From assembly GCF_963921235.1 (NCBI RefSeq), contig NC_086097.1:178252001-178316000 (forward strand): a stretch of 64,000 nucleotides of DNA. The letters are read 5' to 3'. The stretch comes from Mobula hypostoma. Taxonomy: Eukaryota. The notes below the pieces were generated by a model. That model was not told the DNA's origin. It was given only the letters and a program-made list of their open reading frames with translations, and did no database searches. Below, piece after piece: positions 12,395-24,300 of the stretch (position 1 is the stretch's first letter; the number at the start of each line of letters is the position of its first letter). The translations under genes and the position numbers were made by a program.

Positions 12395-12475
12395 AATTGA
12401 AAACACTCTCTTCATGTCTGCTCTTTCGATACTTGGAAGATCGAAAGAGCAGACATGAAGAGAGTGTTTTCAATT
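12395..12475. repeat. Perfect 36-bp inverted repeat with a 9-nt loop inside a CR1 3' fragment (about 12370-12770, +)
   Basis: aattgaaaacactctcttcatgtctgctctttcgat (12395-12430) is the exact reverse complement of 12440-12475. Confidence 0.95.
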
Positions 12476-13021
12476 GTGGCAGAGTCTAGGACCAGAGGGA
12501 GCAGCCTCAGAATAGAAAGATGATTCATTAGAACAGAGATGAGGAATTTCTTTAGCCAGAGGGTAGTGAATCTGTGGAATTCATTGCCACAACTGGCTGT
12601 GGAGGCCAAGTCATTGGTTATATTTAAAATGGAGGTGATAGGTTCTTGATTAGCAAGGTTGTCCAAGGTTATGGGGAGAAGACAGAATGGGATTGAGAGC
12701 GAAAGTAAATCAGCCATGATCTAATCATAGAGGAGACTCGATGGGCCAAATGACCTAATTCTGTTCCTATGTGTAAAATCTCTTTGTCTTAATGTCAATG
12801 GACCAGCCAGTGTAAACCTTGCCCACACCATTTGGAAATGAAAGCCCTGAGAGGGTTTGCAAAACATGAAATAAAAACAGAAAATGCTGGGCACACTCAG
12901 TGGATTAAGCAGCATTTTTGGCGGGGGGGGGGGGGAAGAGACAGTTAATGTTTCATGTCCAGAATCCCCCATTAGAACTGAGAGAGAGGAAAGCAAAAAC
13001 AAGTTAATTTGTAGTAGAAGG

Positions 13022-13214
13022 TGTTATGTTTTGTAACTTCAAAATATTAAACATTTTGGACACAGTCTGAAATGTGAGTGTAACTTTGTGTTTTACTTTA
13101 TCATGTGGTAGGTAGCGTGATGACGTACAATTTGCTTATAAATGAATTAAACAAAAATGCTTAATCATCTATACAAGATGACTCAAATATAACTGAAATA
13201 TTAAATACTCAACA
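13022..13214. mobile_element. Short probable solo LTR (193 bp)
   Basis: TGTT...AACA termini and an AT-rich body set into purine-rich flanks; flanks gaagg / ggagg (4 of 5 match, candidate TSD). Confidence 0.6.
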
Positions 13215-13540
13215 GGAGGGATGGAAAAAAATGAACGAAATATCTTTAGGTTGAAAACCGATGGGTTAATAGGTACAGTTACAAAGCAGTTCTTGCTAAT
13301 TTGCGTAGCACTGTTAATAGCAGTAGCCATGTGGCAAGTCCTACAGGCCACCATATCAGTAGGGGTACTGGTTTATTATTGTCACAAGCAACAAGGTACA
13401 GTGGAGGGGGAAAATGGTTTTGCATACTGCTCACACAGATCAATTCATTACATGGTGCATTGAGGTAGAACAAGGTAAAACAATAACAATGCAGAGTAAA
13501 GTGTAAAAGCTACAGATGAAGTGCAGTGCAGATAGTCAAT

Positions 13541-13960
13541 GCTTCCAAGAGGACTGCCGCCTTGTTGGGTTTGGAGGCTTGCATGCCTCGATGGCCCAGA
13601 GAGCCATGGTCGTCGGAGTCAGGGCTTTGTGCTTTGGCTTTGGGTAGGGTCACCCATGCCAAACAGATCAAAGTGCAGAGGCCAGTCCAAGATTGGTCCA
13701 CTGGTCCTCCAGGTTCAGGGGTTTAGCTCAGGGCTAACAACCCGAACTGGTAAAAAAAAATTGTCACTGAAACAGCAACAAACAATCCTACATCCTGAGT
13801 GCGATGATATTCCTGAGTCTCCACCTAGGACTTCAGTGACTGCCAGTAGTGAAAACCGAGTAGAAGCTATTGACATGATGAAGGAAACCCTGAACACCAC
13901 CAGAGATGGAGGACCTTCATTGCTGCCCTAAATGGTAGTGGCATAATGGGCAGTAAGTAA
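13541..13960 (+). mobile_element. Non-autonomous RTE-clade derivative (5' UTR joined to 3' end)
   Basis: The 5' part resembles Rex3/BovB-type RTE leaders (gccttgttgg..ggcttgcatgcctc..gtagggtcacccatgccaaacag..tggtccactgg). It ends in gctgccctaaatg...cagtaagtaa and interrupts another repeat. Confidence 0.55.
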
Positions 13961-14139
13961 GGTAGACTATAGGTGCAAGATCATAACCAGGTAGATTGAG
14001 GTGAAGAATCTATCTTGTCATACAAGAGGCCTGTTCAAGAACTTGCTAATAGATGGGATAGAAGTTAGTGGATATATGCTTTCAAGCTTTTCTATCTTCT
14101 GCCCATTGGGAGGAGGATAAGGAGAGAATTTCTGGGGTG

Positions 14140-14316
14140 ACACACACAAAATGCTGGAGGAACTCAGCAGGCCAGGCGGCATCTAGCTAAAGAGTACAGT
14201 CGACATTTTCGGCCGAAACTCTTTCCCTAGATGCTGCCTGGCCTGCTGATTTCCTCCAGCATTTTGCATGTGTTGCGCAGATTTCCGGCATCTGCAGATT
14301 TTCTCTTGTTTGTGAT
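14140..14316. mobile_element. Short fold-back insertion made of two inverted Penelope 3' ends
   Basis: caaaatgctggaggaactcagcaggccaggcggcatcta ... tagatgctgcctggcctgctgatttcctccagcattttg; same sequence family as 4880-4920. Confidence 0.8.
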
Positions 14317-15214
14317 TAGATTTCTGTGGTGTGTGGGTCCCTTGATAAAATAAGAAAAAACAAGTCAAGATGGGATGTCTCACAAATGAATAAAGTTAGA
14401 AACTATGCAAGTTGGAGAGAAATTGGAGAAGGGCTGTAGGGACAAAAGACAAAAGACGAGAGACGGAGGGGAGACCGAGGAAGACTTGAGCACTGGTTAG
14501 ACAATGCTTGGAATACTGTGTGCAGTTCTAGTTCTCAAAAGTGATTCACTAGGATATTTCCTGGATTGAAGGACTTTGATTGTGGGGAGAGGCTGGGCTT
14601 GTTTTTCCTTGAGCGAAAGAGGCTGAGGGCTAACTGGATAGAGGTATATAAGATTAAGACCTAGTGGGTTTATTAGGCAAGACAGTAATGCAGTCACTTA
14701 GTAACTAACTTGAGAGGGGAGTGAGATTTGCATTCCTATAGCACCTTTCACCTCCCCTTTCAGACATTCCAATCAACCTTAGAGCCAATGTTGTCATACT
14801 TCACAAAACATGCTGACCTGAAACAATATTGGGTGAGTGTTTAACCATTATTCAGGATAACTGGGAGAATTATCGAGGACATCTTCGAAAGATGGTGGTT
14901 CAAGACGACCGAATCCATCATTTAGGGCCTTGACCATCCAGGACATCCCCTCTTCTCACTAATACATCAGGGAGGAATTACAGGAGCCTGAGTGGAGACA
15001 CTCAATGTTTTAGGAACAGCTTTTTCCCCTCTACCATCAGATTTTTGAATGACCCATTAATTCATGAACACTACCTCAGTATTCCTCTTACAATATTTAG
15101 TTATTATATTGTAACTTAGTGTATTTTTTAAAATTTTGTGCTGTACTGTTGGCACAATGCCACAAATTTCATGGCATACATCAGTGATAATAAACCTGAG
15201 TCTGACATTTTACA

Positions 15215-15507
15215 GAGTGGGCACGTGGCCAAGTGGTTAAGGCATCGGACTAATGACCTGAAGTTCGTGAGTTTGAGCCCCAGCCGAGGCAATATGTTGT
15301 GTCCTTGAGCAAGGCACTTAACCACACATTGCTCTGCGATGACACTGGTGCCAAGCTGTATGGGTCCTAATGCCCTTCCCTTGGACAACATTGGTGTCGT
15401 GGAGAGGGGAGACTTGCAGCATGGGCAACTGCTGGTCTTCCTTACAACCTTGCCCAGGCCTTTCCAGGCGCAGATCCATGGTCTCGCAAGACTAACAGAT
15501 GCCTTTA
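15215..15507 (+). mobile_element. tRNA-derived SINE
   Basis: A box tggccaagtgg and B-box-like gagtttgagcc in a tRNA-like head; perfect 12-bp TSD tgacattttaca at 15203-15214 and 15508-15519. Confidence 0.88.
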
Positions 15508-15959
15508 TGACATTTTACACCTATCTGCTGCTTCATCTGGTCACAGGGAGACGGTACAAACTCCGTGTAGATAGCAGCAGGAACTGAAGCCTGATCACTG
15601 GCGTTGTAATAGCATTATGGTACACTGCCCCTGCTTTCCCCTTAATGGTTCATGGACTATTCAGTAATCTGATGGCAGAGGGGAAGGATCTATTCCTAAA
15701 TCACTGAGCACTGGTCTTTAGGCTCCTAATCCTCCTTCCTGGTGGTAGTAATGACAAGATGGCATATCCCAGTTGGTGAGGGTCTTTAGTGATGGATGTG
15801 CCACCTTGAGGCACCACCTCTTGAAGTCTTCAATAAAAGGAGGCTTGTACCTGTTCTTCTTCCTGTTCTGTGAAATTAATGTGTAGCTGCTAGAAGAAGC
15901 AACATTATATTATAAAGGAAAGTAAATCAGTTTTGGCTCTGTCTAATACTTGGGTGGAC

Positions 15960-18900
15960 TTTATCTCTGCAGAACCTTCAATGAACCAGCCACCAAGCTA
16001 TGGAAAAGAACTTCTCCAAAGATTGTGGCTCCTACTGGTGTGCACCAGTCACAAATGACTCCATTACCAACCTTTTAAATAATGGTGAGGAAGACAGAAA
16101 CATTGGCTTGCTTGGACCCTGAAGGAATAGTATCTTTGGTTGTTCTCCACCAGTTTGTGAGCTAGAAGAAACCGAAACTTTTCTCCCTTCCCACAAATGT
16201 GTACTGTTTTCTGACAGTTATTCAGTCCTCTGTGCAATGTTGCAAGAGTGCACAGAAGCAAAGTTTCAAGAACATCGGGAATAATTTAAGGAAAGTAGAC
16301 AAAATGTCTTCTTGCATTTGCTATCGATGTATTGTGAGTGTTGGAAGACTAGCTCTCCTGTGAGCTTGTCCTGTTCATCCGTGGCTGCCAACTGGATCTG
16401 TTCCTGCTGGAGAGCTGCTGGACCTAGGTTTGCTAAGCTTTCAATCTGCTCCATCCCCCAGGTACTGCAAACTTCCCACTGGCCCGTCCTCCTCATGACC
16501 GCACTGGGATTGTATCTAAGGAGCTGAAATACTGAAAAGTCATCAGTTGAAGATGTACTTCTGCTAAGCTAGATAGTTCCAGAGAAGATGACATACAATG
16601 CTTGGGGGTCCAAATGCAAAAAAAAATTGAGGATGTAGGACAAGATTTTACTGAGTATTATTGGCAAAGCTATAAAGGTCATTTTCCAAAGTCAAACTAA
16701 GTGACTCCCATGCCTAAAGGGGAGTGTGCTCAACTGTATTTTCCATTATTTATATCAAAAGTTTTTTTTAAATAACAGTATTGCTTAAAACCCTTTGTTT
16801 CTCACTCTTTAGGGAAAGTTGCATTTTTTTTTCAGACGGCTATTTCTTAAACCATTAATGTAAGTCAAACTTCTGCTGTGAAGAGGAAAGGAGCACTGCA
16901 GCTTGTTAGATGCACTGAATGATATCCCCAACCTCACTCCCATTTTTCTCCTTGCTGTTAGTATGAGCCCGATGTCTGATTTACAGACCTTACTGGCATT
17001 TGATTTTGAATTATCAGTTCCTCTACTAAACTCCAAATAGCGAGCGTGCATTCTCTAGAAGCACATCGTCCCTGACATCTGCAGCATAACTTTGTTGGCT
17101 TTTGTGTTACAAGAGGTGACTGGGAACCTTTTCCCTTTCGTACCATAGAGGAGTCTCACTGAGATGCGACAAAACAGCTTTCTTCAGAATTTGCTTTGCT
17201 CTCTGGTAGTCCTTAGCAATAGGAGTTCCAAATCTTTTAAAAGAAGAAGTCTTGTTATAGTGATGTTTTGTTGTGCTAATCTTGTTTCCAGAATGCACGT
17301 ATCACTGGCTAGTACAAATCTTACTACCTTCCCACATTGGCTCTCAGTCAGGTGTGGTTCTTCTGATCCGAAGGTGACTTTGCCCCATGTTCCATGGTCT
17401 GTCTGACTACTTAAGGCAGGGTGAAGTACTGTGGCTTCCAAACTGGCTCCCAGCTGACTCTTGCCATTTTCTGTTCAGTCACTCAGACTGCCGGTGTTTG
17501 GTGAGCACAGCTGTTCATTGCGGCAGTGGCTTTTGACAAGGACACAGTGTGCCAAGTTACACCAGTCCCTTTTAAAAGCGTGCAGACTCGGGACCAATGA
17601 AATGAATGCAGGAACTGATGGAAACCCTCAGTAATCAGGCAATGAATGGGGTGCGAGAATCATTTCAGGTCATTGGCTCTCAGCCAGAGATTATCCACCT
17701 AAAATGTTAATCACAGTAGCCGCCTGGCCCACTGGCCATTTTCTTCTGGAGGACATTGTAATAACCTTATAATTAGGTGCAGTTTGTCTGGCCTTAGTTC
17801 TGCAACACCTCAATCCCTGCTTCAGCCATCCCTGAGTTTTTTTATTTCCATTATGTTGAACTAGCTCGATCCTGTTCTCCAACTTCTTTCTCCACCCCAC
17901 AGCTCCTCTGTCCAATTGCAACACTCTGCTATCCGCTCCCCTTGGCTGCTTCCAGCCTATAGGCTGTAATAAGATCTCTAACTTTGGTGTTTTCCCACGC
18001 AGAAGGATCACTGTGTCATTCTAGCAAAGGAAGTCATTCTACCCATTGAATACATTCTGGCTGTTGGTCAGGCAATCCATCAGTCATTTTCCCTGTAACT
18101 CTGTGGCTTATTATTTCTCTCCTGAAGGATCTGATTTCCACAGTCAACAGGTCCCACATCTTGTAAACCTTTTCCTTGCATCCCTGTATCTCTCATTCAA
18201 GATGCTAAGCCTATTGCCCCTGCCCACTCCATGGTTGGGAACAGCTTCCCTCTCACTGCTTTCTCTAAGCCTCTTGTGTCCTATCTGACTTTTCCCAAAC
18301 CTAAAATTTACTTTCAGAACAATCAAAGCCCACATACGAGGGGTCACACATGTCTACATTTGTCCTATATCATGTTGAGATGCAAATTCTACCAGCAGAA
18401 TGGGCAATTAATATTCTGTTAATCACACATGAAATTATGATTTTTAAAGTAAAAAGGTAGTGTTAGTAATGATAACTGTATAACTATCTGATTATTTGAA
18501 GATAAAATGGGTGTGATGCATGAAACTCCACCAGGGAAGGCAGTTAGATGGGACAGCTAACTACCTTCCCATGTCTGACTCGCAGTCAGCTTTGTTTACA
18601 TCCACCCATTCACGTCAATCTTATTTTATTGTCCCTACCGCTCCTCCCAGATTCTATCATCTACCCACACTGCAAAAACAATTTACAATGGCAATTAACC
18701 CGCCAATCTGCAGGTCTTTTGACATGGGGGGGGTGGGGGAACCAGAGCACCCAGAGGAAACACATGGGGTCACAGGAAGAACCCCCCAGAGTCATCTCCC
18801 ACAGTCAGTTGCTGAAGTTGTGAGATCACTGCTGTACCCGCTGTGCTGTAGAGTTCGAGTCCAGTCCTACTGGTGAGCTGTTTGCTTCTGAAAAGGCTGT

Positions 18901-20460
18901 CGAGACACCATTTCACCATCTTCTGAAAGATGGGGGTGAAGCAACAGGCCTTGGTCTTACCAATGTCACCCTGGTCAAGAGAATTTAAAAAATTTGCAAA
19001 TAAGGGATGATTTCCAACAATGTTAAGGAAGGCTTTCATTTTTGCTGCAGTGGCAAATTTCCAGCAGCTCAGTCAGTCTCCACTAAGAGAGAAATATTGT
19101 TCATGCTTTTCATTGTTGATTGTTCATTTAATATGACCTTTTTGTTTTGAGCTTTCAGAACCTTGTAAGTTCCTTGAAACAGTTGAGTCAGTGTAGTGAC
19201 TTAGAATTGTGGTCATTGTTGTAACATAGGGGAACAGGGCAGCCTCTGTGCACAACAAGATCCCTTGAGCAACCATATGATAATGACTGGGTTGACCTCA
19301 GACATGTTGATTTGAGAGATGACTGTAGGAATAGCCCGTCCTTGAAATGCTGGGCTGGAATCTATTCTGTACACGAGCAGATGAGAGCCTCTATGTAATG
19401 TCTGATCTGGGAGGTGGTAGCTCTAACGTTGCAGCGCTCTCTTGAGTATCATAATTTCACCTTCCTTTGTCCTCATTTTTCTGGAGCTGATGCTTCTGAA
19501 GATATTGAACAGAAAGAGACCGTTCAGCCCATCAACTGAGGTAATTACTACTCCGTGACCTGATTCCAATGATACATCTTTTCCTTGCACTCCTTAGTAA
19601 ACAAAACATTTCCCAGTCTCTGTTCTGGAATTGACAATTAACCCAACGTTTGCCAGAGGGTTCCAAATTTCCCCCACTCATTGCATGGAGGTGCGACTCC
19701 CACCTGAAACCCTTGCTCAACTCTTTTTCGGCTCTTCCCAGATACCCAAACAGTGGAAGCAGTTTAATTTGGAAGAAGCCCACCACAGAGCATTACATCC
19801 TAATCAGTGACTTCATGGCGCTTTCAGCAACAGTTACTAGTATCCCATATGCTGGTGGTCGTCTTTGTACAAATTCGAGTATTACCTTGGATTCTTCATC
19901 CAAAACTATTTGCAAACCTGACAGTTAACCTTATTCCTAGGACAGCATGCAAGAAGGCATTGATTAGAATAAAATGTGCAGCTCTTATCTTGCTGTAAAA
20001 GTGTTAATCAATAAGGTAATTCATTGCATACTTATCAGTATTGATTGTTAATGTGACACATAACCTCACTTTGTATAACGTCCATTTGGTAGTTGAATTG
20101 TACATGTTTACAGTAAATGTGTTCACTTATTATTCTGCATATTTTCCTCTTTGGACAATTACATGCAAGGCATTGCACTTTTGTAACAGTGTGTTGAATA
20201 TTTTTTTGTCTCCCTTTTATGTGTCAGTGTTGGAGTTGTACGGGGGTTACCACCATGAGCTGATGCATCGGCTTGGCATTTTGCCACTTTTGTTGACAGT
20301 GAATTCCATTTCCACCTCTATCTGCTCTCCCGACTGCCTGCATCCTCTGAATGGGACCGTGATGGAACAAGGTGACAGTATTCCTGCTCTGGAGCTGGAA
20401 TGTACTCCTGGTGATTCGGGTGTGTGGCGTGAGGGGCCAGCACCAGTCACAATCATGGTC
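15960..20460 (-). pseudogene. Putative decayed multi-exon gene antisense to SS18 (identity unresolved)
   Basis: Repeat-poor blocks each begin at a minus-strand polypyrimidine/AG acceptor (19993, 19083, 18021, 16524). Candidate GT-AG introns at 19993-20069 and 16524-16805. Reading frames are broken by stops and shifts. Confidence 0.4.
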
Positions 20461-20461
20461 C

Positions 20462-21395
20462 TAGAGTCATCAAGCACCGCAGCACAGAAACAGGCCCTTT
20501 GGCCCATCTAGTCTAGGTCTGCTGCCTCGTCCTATCTACCTAAATCCCAACTGTAGACCTTCATACCACTCTCATCCATGTATCTATTCAAACTTCTCTT
20601 AAATGTTTCAATTGGACCTGCATCCACCACTTCTACTGGCAGCTTGTTCCACACTCAGACCACCCTCTGAATGAAGTAGTTTCCCCTTAAATATTTAATC
20701 TTTAACACAAAGCCTGTGACCTCTAGTTCTAGTCTCACCCAACCTGAGGAGGAAAAAGCCTACATGCATTCAGCCTATCTATATCCCTTGTAATTTTGTA
20801 TACATGTATAAGATTTCGCCTAATTCTGCTATGCTCCAGGGAATAAATTCAATCTTTCCCTGTAACGCAGGTCCTCAAGTCCATATAAATTTTCTCTGCA
20901 CTTTTTGAAACTTGATACCTTTCCTGTAAGGAGGTGACCAAACTGCACACGATGCTCCAAATTTGCATCACCAATTTTTTAGACAAATTGAGCACCACAT
21001 CCCAACTCCTGTACTCGGTACTCTGATTTATAAAGACCAGTGTGCCAAAACCCCTCTCTCTATGATCCTAACTACCTGTGATACCACTTTCACGGAATTG
21101 TGGATCTGTATTCCTAGGAGTTTTTGCTCTACGGCACATCTTTGTGCCCTACCATTCATTGTGCAAGTCTTACCCTGCTTTGTCCTGCCAAAATGCAACA
21201 TCTCGTATTTATCTGCATCAAGTTCCATCTATCATTCTTCAGCCCTTTTTCCCAGATCACTTTGCAAGCTTTGACAGCCTTCCTCATTGCCCACTGCTCT
21301 CCAGTCTTGGTAACATCCCTAAATTTGCTGATTCAGTTTACCATGTCATCATGCATATCATTAAAATAGATGATAAACAACAGACCCAGCACTGA
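20462..21395 (-). mobile_element. CR1 LINE 3' fragment
   Basis: KYEMLHFGRTKQGK..LGIQIHNSVKVVSQV; collinear with 7360-8350. Confidence 0.88.
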
Positions 21396-24300
21396 ACTTG
21401 TTAAGGCAGTCACTCAAGGCAAGTTACCAGAAGGAATCTGATGCTGGCTAAGCCAAAACTTTGCATTTAATGATTGGTTACACTATTTCACTGATAGAGT
21501 AAATTGGTTTACTATTGTCACATGTACCAAGATGCAGTTGAAAAGCAGTTTTGTGGGCCATCTGAATAGAGTATTACACAGTGCATTGAGGTAAGTACAA
21601 GGAAAAACAGTAACAGAATACAGAACCAAGTGTTACAGTGACAGAGAAAGTGCAGGCAGACAGATGTAAGGGCCATAATGAGGTAGATTATGGGATCCAG
21701 AGTCCATCTAGGTTACTGTTCGATAGTTGTGTAATAATGGGATTGAAGTTGTCCTTGAGTCTGGTGATATTTTCAGAATTTTGTGTTGCTTATGGTGTAT
21801 CAACATAAATTGGAATGGGTAGACAAGGGCGTAACAAATTTCTTTAGCCTCCTGAGGAAGCAAAGGCTCTGATGAACTTTCTTGGCTGGAGCATACATGA
21901 TCGGACCAGGAGAGGCGAATGGTGATGTTCACTCTTAAGACATTGAAGCTTTCGATCCTCTCGACCTCAGCACCATTGATGCAAATAGGAGTATTTGTTA
22001 GTCAGGGGATTGAGTTCAAGACAGTGAGGTAATATTGCAGCTTTTAAAAACTGTAGTTGGTTCACACTTGGTGTGTTGTGTTCAGTTCTGGTTTCTTCAT
22101 TAAAGGAAGGACGTGGAAGCTTTAGAGGGGGTGCAGGGAGCTTTACCAGGATGCTGGCAGGTTAGAGAGCGTGCTTTATGAGGAAAGATTGAGTGAGCTA
22201 GGACTCTACTCTTTGAAGCAAAGGACAAAGGAGGAGGAGCAGTGACTTGACAGAGGTGATTTTTTTTTCCTTCCCCCCACCTCCCCAGGGTGGCAAAAGT
22301 CTGCTCTGTGCTCCCATCTTGCTCAACTCCATCTGGCCTTCAATTTGTTGTGGTTTTGGAGAAGGGGTGGGATGGGACAAGGAGGCAGGGCAAAATGTCC
22401 TGTTCCCACTTGGCAGATGATGCCTGCCACCTGCAGCATTTGACAAAGCAGTCCTCATCCCCATTCATTCCACTGGTCTCACAATGTTCGTTGACGTACA
22501 CGGTGTCCACAAGTTGGGTGTTCATAGCCCAGAGAGGACCTGTATGATGGTAAATGCATCGACTTGGCCAAGTTATTGAGAGAAATATGATGCTAACGAG
22601 ATCATCTGGGTTAAGGGGCAGATATTAACAAGGATTCCTCTGGAGTTTGGAAAGATGGAAGTGTTTAGAGCCTGTTAAGGGAACAGGAGATTCTGTTTAC
22701 TCTAAGGCACCACACCTCAGTATGGTACTGGGCCTCTCACCGATTACTAGAGTGGAGCGTGAGCTATCAATTTTCTGGCTTTGAGGCAAATGATTTGTCC
22801 CTTTCAGGATGCAAGCAATGGATGCTGAGTTCAAAATTCAAAGTACATATAATATCAACGTATGTATTCTACACACATCCTTGAGATTTGTCTTCTTGCA
22901 GGCAGCCATAAGACAAAGAAACTCAAATAGAACTCATTTTAAAAAGGCTCTCGGGCACCTAATGTGCAAAATAAAAACAAATTGTGCAAACAATAGAAAG
23001 TAAACAAATAACACTCAGAACAAAAGTTTATGAAGGTGAGTCCACAGCCACGAAGCCAGTTCACCACGCCTGCTGGTCCAGGAGTTTGTTAGTTGCAGGC
23101 CACTGCCTCAGTTCAGCGCAGAGACAAGTAAACTTTGTGGAGCAGCCAGCTGAACCTGTCCCTTGCCTCCGGCCCCAGTACCCTGACTGTTTCGATCTGG
23201 CCCAACCAGATCGCTGTGGGATTTGTGGTTCTGCTCCTGTCCAACCACTCTCTTAGGAGGAAAAGGTGGGAGAATCCTAGGAACGGGTCTGGCCATTTGA
23301 GGAAATCAAAGTATTGCAGATGCTGGAATACTGAGATAAAAATTTAGAATGCTGGAAATATTTGTGGATCGAGCAGTGCCTCATGGAATTGAGTTAAGCA
23401 GCATAAAAACAGGACCTTCAGCCCATGGTGGTTATGCTGACCATTGGGTACCCATCTACATCAATCTTATTTACCAAGGAGAGGTTCAGCCAATGACCTT
23501 CCATTAGACTGAGGAAAAGTTGGAAAGAATAATGTAACTGTAAATTGCAGAGAAAAGGAGGTGGTGGAGAGAGTGAGAAGGAAGTTCTGTGAGAGGGTGA
23601 AGACCAAGGGAGGTTGAATGACACTAATGGTGGTGTTAGCTAGGTTGGGAGTATGAAGGGTGATGAACAGCAGTAGGTCTGTGTGACAGAGGTGTAGCTA
23701 GAAGGACAGAAATGAATATCGGTGGTAATAATGAGTTATAAAATTGGGATAAAATAAGGAAATTCAGTGGGCCAAGCAGCATCTGTGGAGGGAAATGGAG
23801 AGTCATGGCTTCTTGTCACCCATTCCTCCCCACACTACAGAAGTTCCCACCAATCTACATCTCACTGGAGACACAAAGGACTGCAGCTGCTGAAATCTGG
23901 AGCAATGCACAGGTAAACAAGAAGGTGCAAGATTGTAGATTGTGAGGTCAAGATTCCACCTTGTCATACTGGGAACCTATTCCATAGTCTTAGAACAGCA
24001 GGATAGAAGCTGCCTTTGAGTCTGGTTGCCCACACTTTCAGAGAGCGTATATCTTTTGTCCAAATGAAAGAGGGGAGAGTAGAGACCATCTGAGGTGGGT
24101 AGAATCTTTGACTATGCTGGGTGCTTTACCAAGGCAGAGAAAAGTACAGACAGAGTCTGTGGAGGGGAGGCTGGTTTCTGTGATGTGCTGATCTTTGTCC
24201 ACAACTCTCAGCAGTTTCTTGTGACAGGCAGAGCAGTTACCATACTAAGCCATAATGAACCCAGATATGGTACCTCCATAATATGTGTAGTAATTAATCA

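Noticed and set aside
12940..12980. Additional hammerhead motif on the minus strand
   Set aside because: Core decayed (CUAAUGG instead of CUGANGA) and stem II disrupted; a relic only.
15215..15290. tRNA gene
   Set aside because: The tRNA-like head continues into a SINE body and is flanked by a 12-bp TSD; no convincing cloverleaf or terminator.
20041..20511. 156-aa hydrophobic + strand ORF
   Set aside because: Starts at TTG, matches no family I recognise, runs into a CR1 tail, and the splice signals here point to the minus strand.
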